NCBI GenBank assembly: GCA_038087875.1
Contig: JAXLNO010004139.1
Location: forward strand, 1-64,000
Length of the DNA stretch: 64,000 bases
Direction: 5' to 3'
Origin: Malacoraja senta
Taxonomy: Eukaryota
Below the pieces are notes generated by a model that had not been told where the DNA came from, ran no database searches, and was given only the letters and a program-made list of their open reading frames with translations. The stretch's first letter is position 1, and each line of letters begins with the position of its first letter. The position numbers were made by a program, and so were the translations under genes. Shown one piece after another: positions 63,726 through 64,000 of this stretch.

Positions 63726-64000
63726 ACAAGAATATACACAAATTGCACTGATTGGAAATAGATATTTAGCAGCATCAGGAAGGACTAGAACCCAATATAG
63801 GCTCATTGATGGCACTTTCTTCTGTGAGCCAGATGATGATTGTTCAAATTCCCCAAGAAACATGAGCACAAACTGTCAACAGACACTCCACTACTGGAAT
63901 TGGGGAATGCTGCCAGTCATATATGCGGCTTTCCAGTTGATATTTGATCAATCGATTTTTGTATTTTTGAAGTAACTGTGGGATTTTCCCGCATGTCCAT

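Overview
Eukaryotic, repeat-dense, apparently non-genic DNA (intron or gene desert). The repeat complement points to a cartilaginous fish, probably a skate or ray; this is an inference from the HE1-like V-SINEs, HER1/CR1 LINEs and DeuSINE relics. I found no supportable host exon. All long ORFs are transposon-derived: a full-length frameshifted L2 LINE (968-4925, -), a Tc1/Passport-like DD34E transposon with an open ORF (9971-11583), a near-intact L1 (22793-~29040, one ORF2 frameshift) and several 5'-truncated CR1 copies. Smaller repeats include Rex/Babar and Penelope fragments, two related solo LTRs, Harbinger-type MITEs, a P-like MITE with an 8-bp TSD and a Helitron-type 3' end. The most notable unannotated structures are: (i) a 10.5-kb TIR-bounded Harbinger-like unit (22137-32668) that splits one SINE into two matching halves and contains the L1 and a CR1; (ii) a very abundant Penelope-derived repeat carrying a minimal hammerhead-ribozyme core, often arranged as fold-back units; (iii) a candidate P-superfamily MITE; (iv) a local inverted templated insertion. 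Boundaries of degraded repeats were estimated by eye and are approximate.
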